This document shows, piece after piece, positions 18,776 to 27,186 of a DNA stretch of 64,000 nucleotides (position 1 is its first letter; every line of letters starts with the position of its first letter). Below the pieces are notes generated by a model. It was not told the DNA's origin, ran no database searches, and worked only from the letters and a program-made list of their open reading frames with translations. Position numbers and translations under genes: made by a program. The stretch comes from Streptosporangiales bacterium (GTDB lineage: Bacteria > Actinomycetota > Actinomycetes > Streptosporangiales > WHST01): assembly GCA_009379955.1 (NCBI GenBank), contig WHST01000006.1, positions 3,163 through 67,162 of the forward strand, given 5' to 3'.

Positions 18776-20428
18776 CTAGCGCGTCGGCTCCGCCGGGGTC
18801 GCCTCCTCGGACACGAACGGTGCGAGCCAGCGCGGGGTGACCTCGTGCGCGAACGTGGCGACCGAGTCGGCGTCCATATCGGTCGCCGCGTAGCCGCCGC
18901 TCCCTGCGCCCACGCCGACGACGAGGGTGGCCACCTGTTGCCGCCGCTGGAAGATCGTCTGCCGCACCTGCCAGCCCACGACCGCGCGCCGCTGCAGCAC
19001 CACGGTGCGCCGTGACCACGAGCCGCCGCGGACGCTCACCAGCTCGCCGTCGTACGCGTGACCGAGCGACCGGTACCTGTCCACGCCGAGCGGGATGCCG
19101 AGCAGCGCGAGCGCGAGCAGCGGCACGCCCGCCTCGGGCGCCCCGGTGGCGAACGCGGCGATCGCCAGGACCGTCCACGGCACGATCGCGCGGAACAGCC
19201 GGCGGCGAAGGGCGGCGCGCGGATGGGCGGTCAGCGTCTCCGGCCGCGCGCCGACCGTCGTGACCGCGAGCGCGTAGGCCCGCTCGACGGGGGCGACCGG
19301 CAGCAGCTCGGCGCGCGAGTGGTGCGACTCCGCACCGATCCCGGTGACGAGCGCGCGCAGCCGACCCGCACGCACCATGCGCGCGGGCAGTGCCTCGACG
19401 AGCTCCCACCCGCGCAGCCGCCGCCGTTCCAGCGTGACGTGACGCCGGGTGAGCAGGCCGCGTTCGAGCTCCAGCGCGTCGGGAGTACCGCGAACAGTGA
19501 AGTCCCAGTTGAGCAGGGCGGTCATGGCGACGGACGCGATCGGGAAGCCGAGCACGAGGAACGCGAGCGCCGCGAATCCGACGAGCCAGGGGTCGGCGAC
19601 GAGCCAGGCCGCCGCGCCCTGCACCTGGCGCTGGCCGATGGTGTCGCTCTGCGCCACCCAGCCCCAGATCGTGCCCAGCAGCGCGAGCGGGGCGAACAGG
19701 TAGGCGCCGGTGAGCGGCGACATCAGGAACCAGGATCGCCTGACGCGGGCGAGCACCGTCCGCGGCTGGTCGTCTCGGCCGGGCACCTGCGCGACCTCCG
19801 GTGCCTCGGCGTCCGCCGCGGGCGCGGCGGACCGGCGCGCGAGCAGCAGCCGCCGCAGGCGCGCGCCCTCGGCTGCCGTGACCGCGTCGAGAACGCCTTC
19901 GTCCGCACGCCCCGTGCCGCCCGCGGCGGCGTCGACGCGTACCACGACGAGCCGCATCAGGCGGTGCATCGGCGAGGCCGTCAGGTCGACTCCCCTGATC
20001 CGATCGAGCGGGATCGACCGCGACTTCCTGGCCAGCAGGCCCGAGGTGATGTCGAGCCGGTTGTCGTGCAGGGCGTAGCGGAACGTCGCCCAGCGGATCA
20101 GCGAGTACGCGATGGACAGCAGGCCGCCGGCGAGCCCGTAGTACGCGGCCCGGTCGACGGTGAAGTGCCCGGAGATGACGAACGCCGCGGCCAGCGGCAG
20201 CGCGAACGTGCCGAGCCGCTTGATCGGGTCGACGACGAGGCTCCGCGCGCTCAACCGCTGCACGGTGCCCGGCGCGGCGATGGCAGGCGCCGCCAATGAC
20301 ACGTCGTCGGCTCGGTACTGGTCCGTCACGAGGCGTCCTCCAAAGCGAGCATCGCAGCGGTCCGGAGCACACATCGCGCCCACGCACTCGCCGAGCGAGG
20401 AGCGGAGCGGCGGAGGACGCCGGGGCAC
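18776..20428 (-). CDS. YdbT-like membrane protein with repeated bacterial PH (bPH_2) domains
   Basis: 550-aa ORF. The start is uncertain (GTG 20428, ATG 20374 or GTG 20329). TM hairpins alternate with PH-like segments (SIPLDRIRGVDLTASPMHRLM...). Confidence 0.72.
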   Translation of the reverse strand: MPRRPPPLRSSLGECVGAMCAPDRCDARFGGRLVTDQYRADDVSLAAPAIAAPGTVQRLSARSLVVDPIKRLGTFALPLAAAFVISGHFTVDRAAYYGLAGGLLSIAYSLIRWATFRYALHDNRLDITSGLLARKSRSIPLDRIRGVDLTASPMHRLMRLVVVRVDAAAGGTGRADEGVLDAVTAAEGARLRRLLLARRSAAPAADAEAPEVAQVPGRDDQPRTVLARVRRSWFLMSPLTGAYLFAPLALLGTIWGWVAQSDTIGQRQVQGAAAWLVADPWLVGFAALAFLVLGFPIASVAMTALLNWDFTVRGTPDALELERGLLTRRHVTLERRRLRGWELVEALPARMVRAGRLRALVTGIGAESHHSRAELLPVAPVERAYALAVTTVGARPETLTAHPRAALRRRLFRAIVPWTVLAIAAFATGAPEAGVPLLALALLGIPLGVDRYRSLGHAYDGELVSVRGGSWSRRTVVLQRRAVVGWQVRQTIFQRRQQVATLVVGVGAGSGGYAATDMDADSVATFAHEVTPRWLAPFVSEEATPAEPTR

Positions 20429-20432
20429 ACCG

Positions 20433-20936
20433 TCATGTGGCGTCGTCCTCGAGCAGGTTGGCCTGCTGGGCGAGGTCGAACGAGAGCCGGACGGCGACGT
20501 CGGCGGGCAGCCCGACGATCTGGCTCGACCCGGCGTGCGAGGCGGTCTGCACGACGAGCGTCGCCAGGCCGAACATCCGCTGGAGCACTCCCCGCTGGGT
20601 GTCGACCGACTGGATGCGGCTCACCGGCACCACCCGCCACTCGCGGCTGAGCCATCCGGCCCGGGTGAACACGACGCCTGCGGTCACCTCCCAGCGGTGC
20701 ACGCGGTAGCGCCACACCGGCTCCACCACCACGAAGAGCAGACCGAACAGCCCGAGCGCGATCGGCAGGATCCACCGCCAGCGCGACGCCGCGTCGGGGA
20801 GGAAGTCGGGGTTCCACCACGTGATCAGCAACCCGATCGCGAGCAGGATCGCGAACTGCACGAATCCCTCGACGACCCACTGGTAGACGGCTCGCCGGGA
20901 GACGGTGTGCGCGGGAGCGCGCAGCGGTGCGGACAC
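20433..20936 (-). CDS. YdbS-like membrane protein with single bPH_2 domain
   Basis: 167 aa with 2 TM helices, then RVVPVSRIQSVDTQRGVLQRMFGLATLVV. Confidence 0.78.
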   Translation of the reverse strand: MSAPLRAPAHTVSRRAVYQWVVEGFVQFAILLAIGLLITWWNPDFLPDAASRWRWILPIALGLFGLLFVVVEPVWRYRVHRWEVTAGVVFTRAGWLSREWRVVPVSRIQSVDTQRGVLQRMFGLATLVVQTASHAGSSQIVGLPADVAVRLSFDLAQQANLLEDDAT

Positions 20937-21007
20937 GCTTCGAGCTTAGAGCGTCCGTCCCCACATCCGGCATTCGTCAGTCGTCGGCCGAGCGGGCGTC
21001 CTGGAGC

Positions 21008-21316
21008 GGGGCGCGGTGAGCGGCACCCTCACCGCGCCCCGACACGGTCGGGGTGCCCCTCACGTGTCCGGTCCCGAGAGGCGTCACGGCGCGGCAGTGT
21101 GCCGTGACGGATCGTCGTAGTCGCGGACCGGGGTCAGTCGGCAGGTATCTGAGCCGGGGCTTCGCACTCTGGCCCCGTGACACGGTCATCCCACTGACAC
21201 CGACTGACCGTGTCCGCCGGCCGGGGGTTGGTGTGCACGTGATCGCGCCGAGCGCGAGCGTGTCACAAGGGCCGGCACACGAGGGGCCGTGCCAGCGGGG
21301 GCGCACGGCCCCTCGT
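21008..21316 (+). promoter_or_regulatory. hairpin-dense leader upstream of the S8 protease operon (four perfect inverted repeats)
   Basis: Four hairpins: 21008-21040 (13-bp stem, 7-nt loop), 21082-21109 (9-bp stem), 21179-21214 (10-bp stem) and 21279-21316 (14-bp stem). All lie in the 420-bp divergent gap between the ydbS-like gene and the S8 gene. The four stem sequences are unrelated to each other. Confidence 0.45.
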
Positions 21317-21357
21317 ACCCTTCGGGCCGACGCACCAACGAGGACGGAGACCCCGGC

Positions 21358-22539
21358 ATGAACGCCGAGCACGAGGACAGAGCGAGCCGTATCTGCCGCC
21401 GGCACGACGCGGTGGTGCTCGACGACGTCGGCCAGGCCATGGCGCGCAGCCACGAGATCCTCTGCACCCGCCGGCACGCCGACGTCGTCAGCGACCGGCT
21501 GCGCAAGTGGGTCGACGGCAGCGAGCAGGTCAGAGGCGCCGGTATCGTCAGGGTGCGGCTCCGCAGACGTGCCAAGGTCGACCTCCGCGCCGTCACCGCC
21601 GACCTCGAGCCGTACGCACGCGTCGCGCCGAACAGCCTCTACTCCGGAGAGCCCCTCTGGAACGGCGGTCCTGCCAGCCCGCCGACCCAGCCCGCCCATC
21701 GCCCTCGACCGCCCCGGGCACCGGCACCCGGCACGCGCTCCACCGTCACCGCGGTCCTCGACACCGGCATCTCGGCGCATCCGTGGTTCACCGGGCGCTC
21801 CTGGTTCGCCGACTGCGGCCCGCAGCATGCCGAGGAGGTCGACCGCGACCAGGACTTCCTCCTCGACAGCCAGGCCGGGCACGGCACGTTCGTCACCGGC
21901 CTCCTTCTCACGCAGGGGCCGAGCACCGACATCCGCCCGGTGCGGGTCCTCAACAGTGACGGCGTCTGCGACGAGGCCGCTCTCATCCGCGCCCTGATGG
22001 CGTTGCGTCCCTCCGTGACCGGAGCGACGGACGTCGTGAACCTCTCCCTCGGCGCCTACACGCATGACGACCGCCCGTCGCCACTCCTCCTCGACGCGCT
22101 CCACGCGCTCGGTCCTGACACCGTCGTCGTCGCGGCCGCCGGCAATCGCGGCTCGTCCAGACCGTTCTGGCCTGCGGCCCTCAAGTCGGTCGTCGCGGTC
22201 GGCGCACTGGAGTCGGCCGGCGGTGGGCGCGCGCCGTTCAGCAACCACGGATGGTGGGTCGACGCGTGTGCGCCCGGCCACCAGGTGGCGAGCAGCTTCG
22301 TCTGGTTCAACGGTCCCGGCGGCGGCGGAGACGTGACGGACGCCGACCTGTTCCTCGGGTACGCCCAGTGGAGCGGCACCTCGTTCGCCACGGCACAGGT
22401 GTCGGGCGCGGTCGCGAATCTCTGCGCCACGAAGGGCATGGACGCGCCGCAGGCCACCCGTACGCTGCTGGACCCGGCCAAGCACCGGTTGGTGCCGGAT
22501 CTCGGCCTCGCCGTGCTCGAGCGGCGCCGTGCCCGGTAA
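21358..22539 (+). CDS. S8 (subtilisin-like) serine peptidase, no signal peptide
   Basis: ATG 21358 follows GAGGACGGAGA. The catalytic triad contexts are AVLDTGI (Asp), AGHGTFVTG (His) and WSGTSFATAQVSG (Ser). A ~125-aa N-terminal region and a Pro-rich linker precede the catalytic domain. Confidence 0.85.
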   Translation: MNAEHEDRASRICRRHDAVVLDDVGQAMARSHEILCTRRHADVVSDRLRKWVDGSEQVRGAGIVRVRLRRRAKVDLRAVTADLEPYARVAPNSLYSGEPLWNGGPASPPTQPAHRPRPPRAPAPGTRSTVTAVLDTGISAHPWFTGRSWFADCGPQHAEEVDRDQDFLLDSQAGHGTFVTGLLLTQGPSTDIRPVRVLNSDGVCDEAALIRALMALRPSVTGATDVVNLSLGAYTHDDRPSPLLLDALHALGPDTVVVAAAGNRGSSRPFWPAALKSVVAVGALESAGGGRAPFSNHGWWVDACAPGHQVASSFVWFNGPGGGGDVTDADLFLGYAQWSGTSFATAQVSGAVANLCATKGMDAPQATRTLLDPAKHRLVPDLGLAVLERRRAR

Positions 22540-22572
22540 CCTCACGGATGTCGTCGGTGCATCCGTCTGGAG

Positions 22573-23151
22573 GTGGGCGTGGAGACGGTCCGCACGCACA
22601 CCGAGGAGCCGGACAACGCCACCCTCGTCAAGCGCGCCGCGGAGGGCGACGACGAGGCATGGCATCAGATCGTGCACCGGTTCTCCACCCTGGTCTGGGC
22701 TGTCCCCCGCTCGCAGGGTCTCGGCCGGGTCGACGCCGCGGACGTCTACCAGACCACCTGGCTGCGCCTCGTCGAGCATCTCGGCAGCCTTCGCGAGCCG
22801 GCCGCACTCGCCGGCTGGCTCGCGGCGACCGCACGCAACGAGGCGATCCGCGTGTCGAAGCACAGATCTCGCGAGCAGCCCGCCGAGGGTCACGGCGCCG
22901 ACCTTCCCGCGCCCGACCGCGATACCCCCGAGGTCGCACTGCTCCTCGACGAGGAGCGCCGCCGGGTGCTCCGCGCCTTCGCGCAACTCTCCGAACGTTG
23001 TCAACGCGTCCTCCGGGTCGTTGCCGCCGGTCCGGTGTCGAACTACGACGACGTCGCGGCGGCGCTCGACATGCCGGTCGGCAGCCTGGGCCCGACCCGG
23101 GGGCGTTGCCTGAACCATCTGCGCCAGCTGCTGGAGGGGGATGACAGATGA
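22573..23151 (+). CDS. ECF-type RNA polymerase sigma-70 family factor
   Basis: 192-aa ORF; the start may be the second GTG at 22579. Sigma2 region: AWHQIVHRFSTLVWAV...DVYQTTWLRLVEHL. Sigma4 region: LSERCQRVLRVV...DDVAAALDMPVGSLGPTRGRCLNHLR. Confidence 0.85.
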   Translation: MGVETVRTHTEEPDNATLVKRAAEGDDEAWHQIVHRFSTLVWAVPRSQGLGRVDAADVYQTTWLRLVEHLGSLREPAALAGWLAATARNEAIRVSKHRSREQPAEGHGADLPAPDRDTPEVALLLDEERRRVLRAFAQLSERCQRVLRVVAAGPVSNYDDVAAALDMPVGSLGPTRGRCLNHLRQLLEGDDR

Positions 23152-23600
23152 ACGCAGAGGACGCTGTAGTGACGCGGCTGCGCTCCGCCTTCGGGGCCGC
23201 CGATCCCGTTCCGCACCATGCGCTCGACGCAGCCCTGGCGAGCCTGTCGTGGCGCGACCCGGACAGCGCACTGGCCGAGCTCGTCGGCGACTCCCTCACG
23301 GATCCGGCGGGGGTGCGCAACCGATCCGACACCGGCCCCCGACTGCTGACGTTCGAGGGCGACCACCTGGTCGTCGAGGTCGAGGTGTCCGACCTGGGCG
23401 GCGCGCACCGGCTGCTCGGTCAGCTCGTCCCACCCCAGCCCGCCGAGGTCGAGGTGCGCTGGCGCGGCGGGAGCCTGCGTGCCGCCGCCGATCAGCTCGG
23501 GCGGTTCAGGGCGGCGTCGGTCCCACCGGGGCCGATCAGCATCTCCTGCCGGCTGACTGAGCCGTCGCGGTTGGTGTCGACGAGCTGGGTCACGGTGTAG
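23148..23600 (+). CDS. hypothetical 150-aa soluble protein translationally coupled to the ECF sigma factor
   Basis: An ATGA overlap links it to the sigma stop. It has GC3-rich codon usage, no TM helix and no HxxxCxxC motif. Confidence 0.6.
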   Translation: MNAEDAVVTRLRSAFGAADPVPHHALDAALASLSWRDPDSALAELVGDSLTDPAGVRNRSDTGPRLLTFEGDHLVVEVEVSDLGGAHRLLGQLVPPQPAEVEVRWRGGSLRAAADQLGRFRAASVPPGPISISCRLTEPSRLVSTSWVTV

Positions 23601-23648
23601 GAGAACCCCCTGGACCTCGTCCTCCGAGCCGAGCGGGCGCGCCGAACC

Positions 23649-26216
23649 GTGGCCGTGGACCCGCGACGCGCACGCGACGAAGCCTTCGCGGTCCTGCGGT
23701 CGGCTGACGCCAACGCAGAAGCCCGGGCAGTGGCGTTGCGCGCACTCGGTCTCACCCAGAAACTCGCCGGTGACGCCCGACGGGCCGAACGCACGTTGCG
23801 ACGATCTGTCGCAACCGCCGCGGACGCACGACTGAGGCAACGCGCCGCGGAGGCGAGGCTGAGTCTCGTCGTGGTCCTCGCTGATCGTGGCGAGTTCCGC
23901 GCGGCACTGGCCGAGGCAGACGTGGCGGCGCGCGCCCTGCGCGGAGTCGACCTCGGTTACCTGCACACTCAGCGTGCGCTCGTGCTGAGCCGAGCCGGCC
24001 GCTACGACGAGGCCCTGTCGACATTCGCACGAGCATTGACCCATCTGCAACGGTTCGCCGAACCAGAGTGGATCTGCCGCGTGCTGTCCAATCGGGGCGC
24101 CCTGCTCGGCTACACGGGTGGCTACCGCGCGGCGGAACGTGATCTGCGTCGCACGATCGAACTCGCGGACCGGCACGGGCTCGAAGTCTTCTCCGGCCAG
24201 GCGCGACACAACCTCGGTTTCATCTCGTTGCGGACGGGCGACGTTCCCACCGCACTGCGCCTGTTCGCCGAGGCCGAGCCCTTCTTCCCCGCCCAGGGGC
24301 ACAACCAGGCCGCTCGGCTGCTGGACGTCGCGGACGCCTACCTCTCGGTCCGGCTGTTCCGCGACGCCCGCGAGCACCTCGAGCACGCCGTCGACGTCCT
24401 CGCCGAGGGCGGGTTCGCGGTCGACGTCGCCGAGGCGCAGGTGCTGCTCGCGCGCACCCACCTGCTCGACCACGCCGCCGGTGCGGCGGCGCGGACGGCC
24501 TCCGAGGCGGCGGCGGAGTTCCGGCGACAGCGGCGACCCGGGTGGACCGCTCTCGCCGACCACCTCGCCCTGTACGCCAGGGTCGAGGCGGGCGAGAGCG
24601 GTGGGGAGCTGCTCGGGGACCTGCGGTCCTCGGCGCGCCGGCTCGGCAGGCGGGGCTGGGCGCACGCCGCGGTCCACAGTCACGTCCTCGCCGGGGCGAT
24701 GGCGCACGAGCTCGGCGACCGCCGGGTCGCCCGCGTCGAGCTCGACCACGCGAGCCGGGCCCGCCATCGCGGACCGATCGCCGTCCGCGCGCCCGCCTGG
24801 TACGCGACCGCCCTGCGTCGCCTCGTCGACGCCGACGAACGGGGCGCGCTGCGCGCCGCTCGAGCCGGGCTGGGCGTGGTCGATGACTACGCCGCCACCC
24901 TCGGCGCCACCGACCTGCGGGTCAGGGCGAGCGGATGGGGCGAGGACCTCGCGACCCTCGGCGTCAGGCTCACCAAGGAGTCCGGAGACGGATGGCGCTA
25001 CCTCACATGGGTCGAACGCTGGCGGGCCAATGCGCTTCGCCGCCCCCCGGTCCGGCCGCCGCACGATCCGCGGCTCGCGCGCGACCTCGCCCAGCTGCGC
25101 CGGGTGACGGCCGACCTCGCGACCTGCTCGGCGCGCGGCGACGACACCCGCCCGTTGACGGCGGAGCAGGTGCGACTCGAGCGCGCGGTGCGCGACCGTA
25201 GCCGCGTCGTCACCGGCCCGTCCGGACGCTCGACGGGTGGCGCGCTCGACCGTGCCGAGCTCCGCGAACTGCTGGGCGACCGCGCACTCGTGGAGCTCGC
25301 CGACCACGACGGAACGCTCGTGGCCGTCACCTTCGCCGCCGGTCGGTGCCGGTTGCACGAGCTCGGCCCGTTCGGCGCGGCGGCGACCGAGATGGACTCG
25401 TTGCGGTTCTCGCTCCACCGGCTGGCACGACGCCACGGCTCGGCCGCGAGCCTCGCCGCCGCCGAGGCGGGCGTCGCGTACTCCGGACGACAGCTCGACG
25501 CGATGCTCCTCGCCCCCCTGCGCGAGGCGATCGGTGACCGTGAGCTGGTCATCGCGCCGAGCGACGCGTTGCACGCCCTCCCCTGGTCCGCCCTCCCGTC
25601 GTTGCGCGACACGACGGTGAGCGTGGTGCCGTCGGTGACGATGTGGGTCTCGGCCACCCGGCGCCTACGGTCGCCCTCGCGCGGTCGTGGCGTCGTCGTC
25701 GTGGCGGGTCCGGGCCTCGACCATTCGGCCGCCGAGGTGCGCGCGGTCGCCAGGCACCATCGCGGGGTGCGGCGCCTGACCGGACGCCGGGCGACCGTCG
25801 CCGCCACCCTCGACGCCATCGACGGTGCGTCGACCGTTCACATCGCGGCCCACGGACGCTTCCGCTTCGACAACCCGCAGTTCTCCGCGCTCGACCTCGA
25901 TGATGGGCCACTCACCGTCTACGACCTGGAACGGATCAGCCGCGCCCCGCGACGACTGGTGCTGTCCGCATGTGACACCGCACTCTCCGCAGTGCATCCG
26001 GGAGACGAGCTCCAAGGAGTCGCAGCGGCTTTCCTGTCGTTGGGAACCTCGACCCTCGTCGCGAGTGTCACACCCGTCGCCGACAACGAGACGAGGACAC
26101 TCATGGGCAGCTTCCACCGCCGGCTGGCCGCGGGCGCATCGCCGGGACGCGCACTCGCCGAGGCCGAAACGACCACGGGCACGCTGGGATTCGTCTGTTT
26201 CGGGGCGAGCGAATAG
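23649..26216 (+). CDS. TPR-repeat / CHAT-domain (caspase-fold) peptidase
   Basis: 855 aa. The N-terminal ~560 aa are helical TPR-like repeats (e.g. LSNRGALLGYTGGYRAAERDLRRTIEL, ARHNLGFISLRTGDVPTALRLF). The C-terminal CHAT domain has the His/Cys dyad contexts TVHIAAHGRF and RLVLSACDTA. Confidence 0.85.
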   Translation: MAVDPRRARDEAFAVLRSADANAEARAVALRALGLTQKLAGDARRAERTLRRSVATAADARLRQRAAEARLSLVVVLADRGEFRAALAEADVAARALRGVDLGYLHTQRALVLSRAGRYDEALSTFARALTHLQRFAEPEWICRVLSNRGALLGYTGGYRAAERDLRRTIELADRHGLEVFSGQARHNLGFISLRTGDVPTALRLFAEAEPFFPAQGHNQAARLLDVADAYLSVRLFRDAREHLEHAVDVLAEGGFAVDVAEAQVLLARTHLLDHAAGAAARTASEAAAEFRRQRRPGWTALADHLALYARVEAGESGGELLGDLRSSARRLGRRGWAHAAVHSHVLAGAMAHELGDRRVARVELDHASRARHRGPIAVRAPAWYATALRRLVDADERGALRAARAGLGVVDDYAATLGATDLRVRASGWGEDLATLGVRLTKESGDGWRYLTWVERWRANALRRPPVRPPHDPRLARDLAQLRRVTADLATCSARGDDTRPLTAEQVRLERAVRDRSRVVTGPSGRSTGGALDRAELRELLGDRALVELADHDGTLVAVTFAAGRCRLHELGPFGAAATEMDSLRFSLHRLARRHGSAASLAAAEAGVAYSGRQLDAMLLAPLREAIGDRELVIAPSDALHALPWSALPSLRDTTVSVVPSVTMWVSATRRLRSPSRGRGVVVVAGPGLDHSAAEVRAVARHHRGVRRLTGRRATVAATLDAIDGASTVHIAAHGRFRFDNPQFSALDLDDGPLTVYDLERISRAPRRLVLSACDTALSAVHPGDELQGVAAAFLSLGTSTLVASVTPVADNETRTLMGSFHRRLAAGASPGRALAEAETTTGTLGFVCFGASE

Positions 26217-26360
26217 AAGGCGCCGCGATGACGGCGTCCAGGATCGTCCGGCCGGCGGCCCCTGCCGCCCCGCGAGCGGGTAACATCGGCTCGCCGTTAC
26301 CGGTACTTGACCGGAAGCACCTGATCCGAAAGCATGCGGCGTGGCAGCCGAGGGGAGCAC

Positions 26361-26783
26361 ATGGCCACAATCCGCGAATTGGCACGCGGTTCGCGGCGTC
26401 CCTGGGAGGGCTCGCTGCGGTCGGCCTTGTGGCGCACCGGTGTGCGGATCGGTGTGATGGGCGTCGTCGCTGTGGTCCTGGCCAACATCAACCTTCCGTG
26501 GCGACCGGAGACCCTGTGCGCGCTGCGGCAGTTCACCGGCATCCCGTGTCCTCTGTGTGGCACGACGACGGCTGCCGTCCACGCCGGAAACCTGGACATC
26601 GTCGGGGCGTTGGCGGCCAACCCGGTCACGGTCGTCATCATCGCGCTCCTCGCGACGTCACCGCTCACCGGCGTCGGCCGGTGGTGGGAGACGATGTCGA
26701 ACCGGCCGCGCGTACTACTATGCATCGCCTTGTTCGCAGCGGCCGAGATCTGGCAGCTCTTCAGGTACGGGCTCCTCCCGTAA
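26361..26783 (+). CDS. DUF2752-like membrane protein
   Basis: Part of ORF 26334..26783, starting at MATIREL. The hallmark motif GIPCPLCGTT is present, followed by TM helices. Confidence 0.72.
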   Translation: MATIRELARGSRRPWEGSLRSALWRTGVRIGVMGVVAVVLANINLPWRPETLCALRQFTGIPCPLCGTTTAAVHAGNLDIVGALAANPVTVVIIALLATSPLTGVGRWWETMSNRPRVLLCIALFAAAEIWQLFRYGLLP

Positions 26784-26836
26784 CGGCGGGAGTGCATCAC
26801 CGACGGCGTAACACCCAACCAAGGAGGAAGAACTCA

Positions 26837-27112
26837 ATGACCACCCCACCGCCGCAGGACCCCTCTGGCGGCTACGGTGCCCCGCAGCCGGCGAACGAAT
26901 CGTCGAAGACCCTGGGCATCATCGGCGTCGTCTGTGCCGTCATCTGCTGGCCGGCCGGCCTGATCATCGCGATCATCGGCCTGAACAAGGTGAAGCAGAC
27001 CGGTGAGTCGGACAGCCTCTTCAAGGCTGCGCTGATCGTCAGCATCATCGTGGGTGTCCTCGGCATCATCGGCTCCATCGCGAACTTCTCGATGGCCGCC
27101 GGCATGAGCTGA
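26837..27112 (+). CDS. DUF4190-like small membrane protein
   Basis: ATG 26837 lies 9 nt after AAGGAGG. It has a Pro/Gly-rich N-terminus followed by 2 TM helices (LGIIGVVCAVICWPAGLIIAIIGL...). Confidence 0.7.
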   Translation: MTTPPPQDPSGGYGAPQPANESSKTLGIIGVVCAVICWPAGLIIAIIGLNKVKQTGESDSLFKAALIVSIIVGVLGIIGSIANFSMAAGMS

Positions 27113-27121
27113 GACTCCGAG

Positions 27122-27153
27122 GAAGGCGCCGGACGCGGACGTCCGGCGCCTTC
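27122..27153 (+). terminator. hairpin after first DUF4190 gene
   Basis: GAAGGCGCCGGACG-cgga-CGTCCGGCGCCTTC, a perfect 14-bp stem. Confidence 0.55.
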
Positions 27154-27186
27154 GTCATCTCCGCCCCCGACAAAGGACACGAGCGC

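Noticed and set aside
22527-22572. Possible ECF-type autoregulatory promoter (GGTAAC ... CGTC) in the S8-sigma spacer
   Set aside because: The spacing from GGTAAC (22535-22540) to the nearest CGTC motifs is about 11 or 23 nt. Neither fits the 16-18 nt expected for ECF promoters. The short hairpin ACGGATG-n9-CATCCGT there is weak.
20977-25574. 764-aa and 843-aa minus-strand ORFs covering the S8, sigma and CHAT genes
   Set aside because: They have low-complexity Arg/Gly/Ala/Pro composition and no recognisable domain. The plus strand carries a complete subtilase triad, sigma2/sigma4 regions and the CHAT His/Cys dyad, so these are antisense shadows.
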